Shown here: positions 8,297-20,439 of the stretch, piece after piece
Position numbering within the stretch: position 1 is the first letter of the stretch
How the letters are laid out: each line of letters starts with the position of its first letter
DNA from: an uncultured Thermoleophilia bacterium
Lineage (GTDB): Bacteria > Actinomycetota > Thermoleophilia > Gaiellales > Gaiellaceae
Length of the DNA: 64,000 nucleotides
Reading direction: 5' to 3'
Assembly (NCBI GenBank): GCA_963755085.1
Contig: CAVWIN010000003.1
Location: 234,290 to 298,289 of the forward strand
Position numbers and translations under genes: made by a program
The notes under the pieces: model-generated
What the model was told of the DNA's origin: nothing
What the model saw: only the letters and a program-made list of their open reading frames with translations
The model's database searches: none

Positions 8297-11005
8297 CTAC
8301 TCCGGCGCGGGCTGCTCGGCGACCGGCTCAACCGGGGCGGCTGCGCCGGCCGGCTTGCGCTTGCGGTTGCGCCCGCCGCGCGTTCCCCGGCGGGTGCGCT
8401 TCTTGGGCTTCGGCTGCTCCTCGCCGTCGACCGCGGCCACCGCCTCGACGGCCTCTTCGGCCGTGACGGCGCCGTTCGCGGACCCGGCCTCACCGAGATC
8501 GTCGGGCGGCAGATGGATGCGCGCCGGCGCAAGCGCCGCCGGCTCCTCCGCAGGCGCCTCTGGCTCCTTCGCAGGCGCCGCCGGCTCCTCCGCGGCGTCA
8601 GCGGGCGCTTCGGCCGCCTCGGCCTCCGGCGCGCCGCCGTTCACGCTGGCCGCCGGCTTCTTGCGCCGGTTGCGACCGCCGCGTGTGCCGCGCCGCGTCT
8701 TCTTCTTGGGCGTCGTCCCCTCGGCCGCAGGCTGCTCACCGTCGACGATCGTCTCGGCGGCGACAGCCTCCTCGTCGGCCGGCTCCTCGTCGACAACGTC
8801 CTCGGCGACAACCTCCTCTTGCTCGGCGGCCACCGCATCCTCGACGACAGGCGACGCCACCGAGGCCTTCGCCGGCGTCCGGCGCCGCGAGCGCGTCGGC
8901 CGCTCGGCCTCGCTCTCCGCGGTGATCGGATCGTCGATGCGCGGCGCGGGCGAGAGCAGCGTTGCCCAGGCGACGCCGTTCATGACCCGCTCGAGCCGCG
9001 CCGTCACCTTCTTGCCGATCAGGTTCGAGCCGCCAGCGACGACGACCGCGAGGCCGTCCACCTTGCCGACGCCGGCGTGGGCGTCGTAGCGGCCGATCTC
9101 GACGAGCTTCAGACTGACGTCGGCGCCCTCGGCAACCGGGCCGGGCTCCGGCTCGGCCGTGGCGCCGTGCGCGAGCACCTCGAGGTGATCGTGCGGCACA
9201 TCGTCGCGGCCCTCGACCACGAAGCGGCGCTTCGTGACCTCCTCGAGCGCGGCCAGGCGCTGTGGCGCCGGGGCCGATCAGGACGCTCGCGACGTGCGCG
9301 TTCACCTCGACGCGGTACACCTTGCTGCGCGAGCCCTTGACCAGCGTGCGCAGCCGCTGCTCCAGCTCCACCGCCGCCGTCTGCTCCGAGACGACGATCC
9401 CGTCGCCGGCGCAGACCGGGCACTTCTTGGCGAGGATCTCGCGCGGCCCGTCGGTGACGTTCTGGCGCGTCATCTCGACCAGCCCGAGCGGGGAGATCTC
9501 GACCACGTAGGTCTTCGTCCGGTCGCGCTCGAGCTCCTGGCGCAGCGCCTCCTCGACGGTCGCCCGGTTCTTCGGGTTCGCCATGTCGATGAAGTCGATG
9601 ACGATGATCCCGCCGATGTCGCGCAGCCGCAGCTGGCGCACGACCTCCTTGACGGCCTCGATGTTGTTCTTCGTGATCGTGTCCTCGAGCGTCTGGGTCG
9701 ACGACTTCGAGCGCGACCCGACGAAGCGGCCGGTGTTCACGTCGATGACCGTGAACGCCTCCGCGTAGTCGAAGACCAGGTAGCCGCCCGAGGGCAGGTC
9801 GACCCGGCGCGAGAGCGTGGACTTGATCTCCCTGTCGACGCCGAACTCCTCCATCAGCGGGGTCTTGGAGCGGTGGCGCACGACGCGCTCGGCCATGTGC
9901 GGCGACGTCTTCTTCAGGTAGCCGACGATCCGCCGGTACGTCCGGTCGTCGTCGATCAGCGCCCGCTCGAAGTCTTCCGTGAACAGGTCGCGCGTGACGC
10001 GTAGCGGCAGCTCGGCCTCCTGGTAGACGAGCGCCGGCGCCTGCGCCGAGTTGGCCTGCGTCTCGATCGTCCTCCAGAGCCGCGTGAGGAACTCGAAATC
10101 GCGCTCGATGTCCTCGGCGGACGCGCCCTCGGCGGCCGTGCGGACGATGACGCCCCCCTTCTTCACGTCGAGCGACTTGAGGATGTCGCGCAGCCTCGTG
10201 CGCTCGTCGTCCTCCAGCCGGCGCGAGACGCCGAAGCCCTCGCCGCTCGGCACGTAGACGACGAAGCGGCCGGCGAGCGACACCTCGGTCGTCAGCCGTG
10301 CGCCCTTCGTCTTCATCGGGTCCTTGACCGCCTGGACGAGGATCGTCTGGCCGCGGCTCAGCAGGTCCTGGATGCGCTTGCCGTGGTGCCGTTTGCCCTC
10401 GAGCTCGGGGATGACGATCTCGTCGACGTAGAGGAAGCCGTTCTTCTCGAGGCCGATGTCGACGAACGCGGCCTCCATCCCGGGCAGCACGTTGTCGACG
10501 GTGCCCAGGTAGATGTTCCCGGCGATCGAGCGCCGGTCCGGGCGCTCGAGGTAGACCTCGGCGACCTTGTCGTCCTCGAGGACGGCGACGCGGCGCTCGG
10601 TGACGCCGGCCGAGACGAGCAGCTCGCGCTTCGCGGCCGGGAGCGGCGCCCGCTTGGTCTGCTGGCGGCGCCGGCTGCGCGACCGGGTGGTGCGGTCCTG
10701 CTTCTCGCGCCGCTCGCGCGCGGGCTTCTCGCGCGCTGGCTTCTTCTCGGGCTTCCTGGCGCCTCGCCGGTAGGCGACTCGGCGCTCTCCGCCTCGGCGG
10801 TCGCCGTGGCCGGCTTGCGCTTACGGTTGCGGCCCCCGCGCGTGCCGCGGCGGCGCGTCCGCTGCGCCGGTCCGTCGGTCGCGGCCTCTTCGGCCGCCTG
10901 GGGCTCGGGCTCGGGTGGTGCGTCAGCCGGTGGGGCCGGCTGCGTCAGTGCTTGCTGCTGTTCCTCTTCCTGCTTCTTGCGTCGTCGGAACCAGTTGAGT
11001 GGCAA
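8297..11005 (-). CDS. rne: RNase E/G family ribonuclease; reading frame interrupted twice (approx 10756-10762 and 9255-9262)
   Basis: The S1 and catalytic core (GNIYLGTVDNVLPGMEAAFVDIG...IDFIDM...) lies in the frame of 8736-10490. The N-terminus (TTG at 11005, GAAGGAG SD) and the C-terminus (RFVVEGRDDVPHDHLEVLAHG...) lie in another frame. The basic motif TRRGTRGGRNRKRKPA occurs three times. Confidence 0.8.
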
Positions 11006-11141
11006 ACGGAATCTCCTTCTCGTGTGCGCGCGCGCGGACAGCCACGCCGCTGCGGGCGCCGCGCGCGCTGCAAGACATCAATGCGTCACAAACCTTCGGC
11101 ATTGCCTACCCCGAGGGTAGCAAGCGGGTCTTTCGGCCCAA

Positions 11142-11325
11142 GGGGGCTTGACGGAACGTCGCTCGTCGCAGGGGTGCGATGGTCGTTCCGAGGCTAGGAC
11201 GCAGGGAGCGTTCGTGTTCCCATTCAAGAGTGTTCTTATTGAAAAGTCCTACGGGCGCGACCGAGGACGACGCCTCGGGACGTCAGCGCGGCCCGGCGAC
11301 TCAGACGTCGTCGCAAGTACGCCGC
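11142..11325 (-). repeat. degenerate second copy of the MITE-like element, in the rne 5' leader / 3' end of ORF 11236-11511
   Basis: Block 11176-11209 matches 7312-7345 at 33/34 positions and block 11257-11273 matches 7367-7383 at 17/17. The left end 11142-11159 resembles the copy-1 TIR. The internal spacer differs and is AT-rich, and the right end is degenerate. Confidence 0.45.
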
Positions 11326-11511
11326 CTGGGCCGGCGGCAGCTTGGCCCGCCGCCTGCGGACGAGGCGGAGCCGCTGGTTGAGGCGCGCCCACGCCCACGG
11401 CTCGAGCTCGTCGTAGCGGTTCGGCATCTTCTCGCGGGTCGCCTCGAGGTACTCGAACCAGGCGTCCGCTTCCTCGATCATCAGCAGCTCGTAGACCTCT
11501 CGCTTGGTCAT
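11236..11511 (-). CDS. small hypothetical protein; 3' end reads into the repeat element
   Basis: The N-terminal ~60 codons (MTKREVYELLMIEEADAWFEYLEATREKMPNRYDELEPWAWARLNQRL) are GC3-rich. GC3 drops after about codon 65, where the repeat begins. Confidence 0.45.
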   Translation of the reverse strand: MTKREVYELLMIEEADAWFEYLEATREKMPNRYDELEPWAWARLNQRLRLVRRRRAKLPPAQAAYLRRRLSRRAALTSRGVVLGRARRTFQ

Positions 11512-11571
11512 CCCCGGCGGGCCTCCTCCGTCGATGCGGCGCAGAGTAGGTCCAGGGTCGGACGGACCCGT

Positions 11572-12771
11572 CTACCAGAGGCGTGCGGGGCTTCTGAGGG
11601 GCCCGCGACCGCGCGCGTGGATGGCCTGGAGGATGCCGATCGCGATCAGGTTCATGATCAGCGACGACCCGCCGGCGCTCACGAACGGCAAGGGGATTCC
11701 GGTGACCGGGGCCATCCCGATCGTCATGCCGACGTTGACGACGATCTGGAAGAGCAGGCCGATGGCGATGCCCCCCGCGACGATCGCCGAGAACATGTCG
11801 CGCGCGACCGCGATCGTGTTCAGCGCCCGCCAGACGACGAGCAGGTAGAGCAGCAGCAGGATGGTCGCGCCGACGAAGCCGCGCTGCTCGGCGAGCGACG
11901 CGAAGACGAAGTCGGTCGCGTGCTCGGGGAGGTAGTCGAAGTTCGTCTGCGTCGAGCCGGAGACGCCGCGGCCGGTGGCTCCGCCGGAGCCGACGGCGAT
12001 CTGCGACTGCGTCACGTTGTAGGTCGCGCCGCTCGGATCCTGCGACGGGTTGGTGAACGACGTCAGGCGCTGCACCTGGTACGGCTTGAGGATGTCCACG
12101 CCGGCCGCGGGCGCCGCCCAGAGGACGCCGGTGCCGATGATCGCCGCGACCGCGAGCAGGACGCCGAGGTGGAGCCAGCGCGTCCCGGCCACGAACAAGA
12201 CCGAGCCGAGCACGGCGACGTAGACGAGCGCGCTGCCGACGTCAGGCTGCAGGAAGACGAGCGCGGTCGGGACGGCGGCGATGCCGATGGCGGTGACCGT
12301 CGTCCGCACCTCACCCACGCGCCTGCCGCGGTCGGCGAGGAACGCGGCGAGGCAGAGGACGAGCAGGAGCTTGCCGAACTCGGAGGGCTGGAACCGGAAG
12401 CTGCCGAGCGAGATCCAGCGCTGCGACCCGCGCGCGCTCACGCCGCCCGCGAGCACGAGCAGCAGCGAGCCGATCAGCGTGACGTAGATGACCATGCGCC
12501 GCCGCCGGTACACGTCCGGGTTCACGAACACCGCCAGGACGAGGCCGACGACGCCGACCACGGCGTAGACCATCTGGTGGCGGATGTAGTACCCCGGGTC
12601 GCCGGGAATGTCGTCGCGCGTGATCCCGTTCAGCAGCCAGAGGCCGTATGCGAGCAGCGCGGCGACGGCGCCGAGCATGAGCCAGTCGAGCCGGCGCAGC
12701 AGGTGGCCGATGTCGAGCACCGGCACGGTGCGGATGCCTGCGGACGGGCGGCCGACGCGGGAGTCGAGCAT
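11572..12771 (-). CDS. rodA: rod shape-determining SEDS protein RodA (FtsW/RodA family)
   Basis: This is a 399-aa polytopic SEDS-like sequence lying immediately downstream of mrdA. Confidence 0.9.
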   Translation of the reverse strand: MLDSRVGRPSAGIRTVPVLDIGHLLRRLDWLMLGAVAALLAYGLWLLNGITRDDIPGDPGYYIRHQMVYAVVGVVGLVLAVFVNPDVYRRRRMVIYVTLIGSLLLVLAGGVSARGSQRWISLGSFRFQPSEFGKLLLVLCLAAFLADRGRRVGEVRTTVTAIGIAAVPTALVFLQPDVGSALVYVAVLGSVLFVAGTRWLHLGVLLAVAAIIGTGVLWAAPAAGVDILKPYQVQRLTSFTNPSQDPSGATYNVTQSQIAVGSGGATGRGVSGSTQTNFDYLPEHATDFVFASLAEQRGFVGATILLLLYLLVVWRALNTIAVARDMFSAIVAGGIAIGLLFQIVVNVGMTIGMAPVTGIPLPFVSAGGSSLIMNLIAIGILQAIHARGRGPLRSPARLW

Positions 12772-14804
12772 CAGTCGTTCCTCTGGGTGGCCGTGGCGTC
12801 GCCACCCTGCTCGTGGAAGTACTCGCGGAAGATCTTGAGCGCCGCCGGCGCTGCGGCCTCGGCGCCGAAGCCGCCGTTCTCGATCACGACGCAGAGCGCG
12901 ATCGTCGGCACCTGCCCCTTGGTCGACGGCCCGTAGCCGCAGAACCAGGACTGGTCGAGCAGGCCGAGCCCCTGGACGTACTTCTGGGCCGTGCCGGTCT
13001 TCCCGCTGATCGCCGTCGGGAAGGTCGAGAACACCGCGCTCGCCGTCCCGGTGCCGCCGTGCGTGGCCCCGTAGAGGCCGGACTGGACGGCGTCGAGCAT
13101 CGAGGGGTCGACGTGTGCATCGACCGGCGGCGGGGACGAGTAGCGGCGGAGGACGAGCGGGCCGGTGCGTGAGGTCCCCGGCTCCTCGACCTGGTCGAGC
13201 AGGTGCGGGCGGATCAGCTTCCCGCCGTTTGCGATCATCGCGTAGAAGCGCGCCATCTGGAGCGGCGAGACCGTCAGGTCCTTCTGGCCGATCGCGAGCT
13301 GCACCGAGTCACCCGGCTTCCAGAGACTGTCGATTCGCCAGTTCGTCGGGTCGGTCTTCGCGGTGTAGGTCTGCTTGAACGTCTTCGGTGTCGCGAGCAG
13401 GCCGTTCGCCTCGCCGCCGATGTCGACGCCGGTCGGGCGGCCGAAGCCCCAGCGGCCCGCCCACTTCTGGAGCGGGCTTCCCTGAGCCAGGTAGAACTGC
13501 CAGCCCAGTTGGTAGAAGTACGTGTCGCAGGACTGCTCGAGTGCCTGCGGCAGCGTCAGCGGCCCCGATGCGGTGTGGTTCCAGTTGTTGAAGGTGGCGC
13601 CCAGGACCGGCTTGCCGGTGACCGGGTCCTTCAGCGGGACGGTCCACGAGGCCGTGCAGTCGAGCGGCGAGTACGGGTTGAGGATCCCTTCCTCCATCGC
13701 CGCGAGCGCCGTGACGGGCTTGAACGTCGACCCCGGCGGGTACTCGCCGGCGATCGCGCGGTTGACCATCGGGTAGTTGTCCGCCTGCGCGACGTTCGGG
13801 TTGGGCGACAGCAGCCGGTTCAGCTGCTTGTGCATGTTCGGGTTCACGAACGCGCCCGGCTGGAACCCGGGCTCCGAGGCGAGCGCGAGGATGTCGCCGT
13901 TCCGCGGGTCGATCGCGACCGCGGCGCCGCCGCGCGACCAGTAGTTGTGGTTCTTGAGGGCGAGGCCCTCGCCGTAGATGATCGCGTTCTGGGCCGCCTT
14001 CTGGAGCTTGGCGTCGAGCGTCAGGCGCACGGTGTCGCCGGGCGTCGGCGCCTGCGTGATCTGCAGGTCGCTGCGCGGGTGCCCGGCCGAGTCGAAGCGC
14101 GCCTGCGCGAGCCCGTCGGTGCCGCGCAGGTAGTGGTCGAACGCCGACTCCACCCCGCGCTGCCCGATCTGGTCGCCGAGGTGGTAGCCCTTGAGCGTCT
14201 TCAGCTGATCCTTGGTGATCTCGCCGACGTTGCCGAGGGTCTGGGGCGCGAGATCGCCCCAGGGATAGCGGCGCACCTGCGTCTCCTCGATCTTCACGCC
14301 CGGGAAGTCCGTCTGGCGCTCCGAGAGGAAGGTGATCACGTCCTCGGGGACGTTGTTCTTGATCGTGATCGGCGTCAGCGGGTCGAGCTTCTGCTGCTGG
14401 AGCTTCGACAGCACATCCTTGAGCGGGACGCCGAGCACGTGGGCCAGGCGCGTCATCTCGGCGTAGCGGCCCTTGTCGGGCAGGTTCGACGGCCAGATGC
14501 GGATCGACGTGACCGTGCGGTTGTCGACGAGCAGGCGCCCCTTGCGGTCGACGATCTGGCCGCGCGCGGCCTCGACGCGCACCTGGCGGAGCTGGTTGTC
14601 GCGCGCCGCGCGCAGGTAGTCCTCGCCGGAGAGCACCTGCAGCGCCCAGAGGCGCAGGAAGAGCAGTGCGAACGCGGCGAGCGCGAACGCGCCCAGGATC
14701 CCGATCCGGAACGCGAGCTGCGGCGTGAGCCGGTACGGCTCCTCGACGCGCGGGTCGCCGGGCAGGAAGGTGCGCGGCTTCGACCGGTAGCTGGTGCTAG
14801 CCAA
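12771..14804 (-). CDS. mrdA: penicillin-binding protein 2 (class B transpeptidase)
   Basis: It contains STFK and KTGTA motifs, and the mreBCD-mrdA-rodA order is conserved. Confidence 0.9.
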   Translation of the reverse strand: MASTSYRSKPRTFLPGDPRVEEPYRLTPQLAFRIGILGAFALAAFALLFLRLWALQVLSGEDYLRAARDNQLRQVRVEAARGQIVDRKGRLLVDNRTVTSIRIWPSNLPDKGRYAEMTRLAHVLGVPLKDVLSKLQQQKLDPLTPITIKNNVPEDVITFLSERQTDFPGVKIEETQVRRYPWGDLAPQTLGNVGEITKDQLKTLKGYHLGDQIGQRGVESAFDHYLRGTDGLAQARFDSAGHPRSDLQITQAPTPGDTVRLTLDAKLQKAAQNAIIYGEGLALKNHNYWSRGGAAVAIDPRNGDILALASEPGFQPGAFVNPNMHKQLNRLLSPNPNVAQADNYPMVNRAIAGEYPPGSTFKPVTALAAMEEGILNPYSPLDCTASWTVPLKDPVTGKPVLGATFNNWNHTASGPLTLPQALEQSCDTYFYQLGWQFYLAQGSPLQKWAGRWGFGRPTGVDIGGEANGLLATPKTFKQTYTAKTDPTNWRIDSLWKPGDSVQLAIGQKDLTVSPLQMARFYAMIANGGKLIRPHLLDQVEEPGTSRTGPLVLRRYSSPPPVDAHVDPSMLDAVQSGLYGATHGGTGTASAVFSTFPTAISGKTGTAQKYVQGLGLLDQSWFCGYGPSTKGQVPTIALCVVIENGGFGAEAAAPAALKIFREYFHEQGGDATATQRND

Positions 14805-15324
14805 CGAGCTCGACCTCGCGCGTGACCGATGCGATGAGCGTGCGGCGCGGGAACATCCAGCGGAAGAGCGCGAACAGCGGCAGCGTCAGCAGGACGTTCA
14901 TGATCAGCTGCGGCCAGAGCGAGTCGAACAGCATCCAGCGCGCCGACGTGGGCTCGCCGATCGTGAACTGGAGCAGCAGGTTGCCGGCCGCCGCCAGCAC
15001 TGTGACGACGGCGACGGCGAGGAACGGGGCGTGCGCACGGTCGCGGGCGGTCGTCTCGCCGTAGCGGCCGCACCAGTAGCCGACGAGCGTCAGGAGCAGC
15101 GAGGTCAGCCCGAGCGTGCCGAGCGAGACGGTGTCGAGCAGGAGCCCGGCCCAGAAGCCGGCCACCGCGCCGACGATCGAGCCGGTCAGCAGGGCGACGA
15201 CGGCGACCGTGACGAGGACGATGTCGGCCGAGCCGCTGCCGATGTGGAGCGGGGCGAACACCGCGAGCTCGAGGAGGACGGCGACGAAGACGGCGCCGAG
15301 CGCCTTGAGCACCGCGACGGTCAC
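14797..15324 (-). CDS. mreD: rod shape-determining protein MreD
   Basis: This is a 175-aa hydrophobic protein between mreC and mrdA. Confidence 0.8.
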   Translation of the reverse strand: MTVAVLKALGAVFVAVLLELAVFAPLHIGSGSADIVLVTVAVVALLTGSIVGAVAGFWAGLLLDTVSLGTLGLTSLLLTLVGYWCGRYGETTARDRAHAPFLAVAVVTVLAAAGNLLLQFTIGEPTSARWMLFDSLWPQLIMNVLLTLPLFALFRWMFPRRTLIASVTREVELVG

Positions 15325-16265
15325 GGCAGGCTCGGGACGGGCCCCTTGCGGAGCAGGATCACGACGTGGTCGATGCTGCCGAGGTCGGCGAACGGGGTGA
15401 TGCGGACGAGCTTGAAGGGGTCGGTGTCGCTCTGGCTGACGCTGTCGACCTGCCCGACGGGAATCCAGCTCGGATAGAACGAGCCGCCCGAGATGCGCCC
15501 CGCGGTCGAGATCACGTCGCCCGCCTGAATCACGTCCTGCTTGGACACCTGATCAATCGAGAGCGAGCCGGCGTCGGGGCCGCCACCGCGCAGGATGCCC
15601 TTGGTGCCGTTGGCCGCATCGACGATCGCAACCGCGCTCGAGCGGTCGCTGATCAGCGTGACGACCGCGGTGCTCCGCCCGACCTTGGAGATGTGGCCGA
15701 GCAGCTGGCCGGGCACGGTCGCGCTCACGACCGGGTCGTAGCGCCTGACGTGGTCGCCGCGGCCCGCCGAGACGACGATCTGCTGCTGGTAGCTGGGCAG
15801 GTCGGCGATCACGTCCGCCCGCAGCAGCGTGTAGTCGCCCTTGACGTACGACGGCGCGGGCGCGTTGCGCGTCACCCCGCCCAGCGCGGCGGGGCCGGTG
15901 GCGGGCGGGGCGGCCGCGCGCTTCTGGAGCGCCGCGATCTTCTGCTTCAGCCGCGTGTTCTCCGAGCGCGCGGTGCGCAGGTCGTCGAACCAGCCCCACG
16001 CGTCGCGGAACGGGCGCACGACGCGCTCGGCGCCGATCTGGAACGGCTCGAGCACGCTCGCGGCCGTGCCCTGCGCCGAGTGCAGCGGCCCGGAGTCGGC
16101 CTCGCGGAAGTACGCCGTGGCGAGCACGAGCGAGACGAGGACGAGCGCGACGACGACGGCACGCCTTCCGAGCGACCCGCCGGAGCGGGAGCCGAACGTC
16201 GAGGAGGCGGTGCGCTGAGCCGTGGCGCCGGTCGTGGCGAGCCGGACGCTTCGATGTCGGGGCAC
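15321..16265 (-). CDS. mreC: rod shape-determining protein MreC
   Basis: It has an N-terminal TM segment, a coiled coil (NTRLKQKIAALQ) and an MreC beta-domain. It lies downstream of mreB. Confidence 0.85.
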   Translation of the reverse strand: MPRHRSVRLATTGATAQRTASSTFGSRSGGSLGRRAVVVALVLVSLVLATAYFREADSGPLHSAQGTAASVLEPFQIGAERVVRPFRDAWGWFDDLRTARSENTRLKQKIAALQKRAAAPPATGPAALGGVTRNAPAPSYVKGDYTLLRADVIADLPSYQQQIVVSAGRGDHVRRYDPVVSATVPGQLLGHISKVGRSTAVVTLISDRSSAVAIVDAANGTKGILRGGGPDAGSLSIDQVSKQDVIQAGDVISTAGRISGGSFYPSWIPVGQVDSVSQSDTDPFKLVRITPFADLGSIDHVVILLRKGPVPSLP

Positions 16266-16326
16266 GGTTTTCGAGGTTACAACAGGTCGCTGGCGGGGTT
16301 GGGTCGGCTAACTGCGGCTTAAGGAA

Positions 16327-17394
16327 CTAGCCGCGGTAGCCGTTGCGGTAGCCGTTGCGGTGCTTGTTGCGGGCCTTGGCCGTCTTCTTCAGCTCCTCGA
16401 GCACCTCGAGGCTGCGGCCGGAGCCGACCGCCACGCACGTGAGCGGCGAGTCGGCGAGCTGCGTCGGCATGTGCGTCTCGTGGCGGAGCCGCTCGTCGAG
16501 CCCGTGGAGCAGGGCGCCGCCGCCGGCGAGCACGATGCCGCGGTCCATGATGTCGGCGGCGAGCTCGGGCGGCGTCTTGTCGAGCGTCGAGCGGATCGCG
16601 TCGATGATCTGGCTGACCGGCTCCTCGAGCGCCTCGCGAATCTCCTCGGAGTTGAGGATCACCGTCTTCGGCAGGCCGGTGAGCATGTCGCGCCCGCGCA
16701 CCTCGGCCTGCACCTCCTCGCGCATGCGGAAGGCGGAGCCGACCTCGAGCTTGATCTCCTCGGCCGTCTGCTGGCCGATCAGGAGCTTGTACTCCTTCTT
16801 GACGTGGCTGACGATCGCCTCGTCCATCTCGTCGCCGCCGACGCGGAGGCTCTGCGAGACGACGATGCCGCCGAGCGAGATGACGGCCACCTCGGTGGTG
16901 CCGCCGCCGACGTCGACGATCATGTTCCCCGTCGGCTCGGAGACCGGCAGGCCGGCGCCGATCGCGGCGGCCATCGGCTCCTCGATCAGGTGCGCCTCGC
17001 GCGCGCCCGCCGAGAGGGTCGCCTCCTCGACCGCCCGCTTCTCCACGCCGGTCACGCCCGACGGCACGCAGACCACCACGCGCGGGTGCGCAAAGCGGTT
17101 CTGGTGCACCTTCTGGATGAAGTGGCGGAGCATCTGCTCCGTCACGTCGAAGTCGGCGATGACGCCGTCCTTCAGCGGCCGGATCGCGGTGATCGAGCCC
17201 GGGGTGCGGCCGAGCATGCGCTTGGCCTCGACTCCCACCGCGTGGACGTCGCCGGTGCGCTGGTCGATCGCGACGACCGAGGGCTCCGACAGCACGATGC
17301 CGCGGCCGCGCACGTACACGAGCGTATTTGCGGTGCCGAGATCGACGGCCATGTCACGGCCGCCGAAGCCACTGAGGCAGTCAAGAAACCCCAT
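16327..17394 (-). CDS. mreB: rod shape-determining actin homologue MreB
   Basis: [25 protein letters not shown] and [16 protein letters not shown] are typical MreB motifs. Confidence 0.95.
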   Translation of the reverse strand: MGFLDCLSGFGGRDMAVDLGTANTLVYVRGRGIVLSEPSVVAIDQRTGDVHAVGVEAKRMLGRTPGSITAIRPLKDGVIADFDVTEQMLRHFIQKVHQNRFAHPRVVVCVPSGVTGVEKRAVEEATLSAGAREAHLIEEPMAAAIGAGLPVSEPTGNMIVDVGGGTTEVAVISLGGIVVSQSLRVGGDEMDEAIVSHVKKEYKLLIGQQTAEEIKLEVGSAFRMREEVQAEVRGRDMLTGLPKTVILNSEEIREALEEPVSQIIDAIRSTLDKTPPELAADIMDRGIVLAGGGALLHGLDERLRHETHMPTQLADSPLTCVAVGSGRSLEVLEELKKTAKARNKHRNGYRNGYRG

Positions 17395-17526
17395 AGGAGC
17401 AGGCGAGTTTACAGCGGCGCCGCCTGGCGCCTAGTGCGCGCAGCGCCCCACCGTAGCCGCGGGCTGCCTGGCCCGCTACCCGGATGTCGGCAGACCGTAG
17501 ATCGCACGGAGGCCGGACGCGGACAG

Positions 17527-18120
17527 TCAGCCGAAGCCGTAGACGCCGGGGAAACGCTCGGCGAGCAATCGCACCAGGAGCGCCGCCGGCAGACCGACCA
17601 CGTTCAGGTAGTCGCCCTCGACCCGTTCGACGAGCGCGGCGCCGCGCCCCTGGATCGCGTAGCCGCCCGCACGTCCCTCCCACTCGCCCGTCGGCAACGT
17701 AGGCCGCGAGGTCGGCCGGCGTCAGCGGCCGGAACGTGACCGCCGTCTTCTCGGCCTCGACCACCTCCCAGCCCGGCGTGATCAGGCAGAGGCCCGAGAC
17801 CACGTGGTGCGTGTGGCCGCCGAGCGCGTCGAGCATCTCGACCGCGTCCTCGGCGTCGGCGGGCTTGCCGTAGACCCGGCCGTCGAGCCAGACGGTGGTG
17901 TCGACGCCGAGCACGGGCCGCCCATCCGCCCAGCGCGCGACCGAGCGCGCCTTCTCGCGCGCGTGCGCGCGCACGAGCTCGTGCGGGTCGGCGTCGGGCG
18001 GGTCGTCCTCCTCGTACGCGGCGCGACGACGTCGAACGGGATGCCGAGCTGCTCGAGGATCGCGCGGCGCTGCGGCGACGTGGAGGCGAGCAGCAGCGGC
18101 GGTGCCGGCGGGACGCTCAT
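17527..18120 (-). CDS. maf: Maf-like nucleoside triphosphate pyrophosphatase; frame interrupted twice (approx 18014-18022 and 17688-17697)
   Basis: The N-terminus [26 protein letters not shown], the middle [32 protein letters not shown] and the C-terminus [35 protein letters not shown] lie in three different frames. Confidence 0.75.
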
Positions 18121-18431
18121 GGGTGAGGTGCCAGGATGGCAGCCCGCGTCCGGCGGGCCGTGCCAGTATCAGCGGGGGCTGTCCCCCGCGCCGGGGCGGT
18201 CAAGATGAGCGGCGGCGAGGCGCGCGAGATCGCCTGGCGTTTCGCCCAGGACTGGGCCGACCTGCTCGACGGCAGTGCGCTCGTCCGCGGCTGCGACAAG
18301 ACCGCGGCGAACCGGGCGATCTGCCGCTTCCACGTCACGGGGCCGACGACGTGCGAGGTGCGCCGGCTGATCGTGTGGAAGTCCGCGCCGCACACGTACT
18401 ACGCCCGCGCGCGCGGCGTCTCTTGCGGACG

Positions 18432-20367
<1,936 letters not shown>

Positions 20368-20439
20368 GGCTCTCGACGGTACCCGTGAGCCGTCGCCATG
20401 GACGAATCGGCGCTGAACCGGCCCTCGCCGGTCAGGCCC

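Noticed and set aside
8340-10870. The repeated ~50-nt GC-rich DNA segments in rne, considered as a CRISPR-like or tandem array.
   Set aside because: There are only three copies. They are irregularly spaced (about 300 nt and about 2.1 kb) and lie in frame within a coding region, where they encode a repeated basic peptide.
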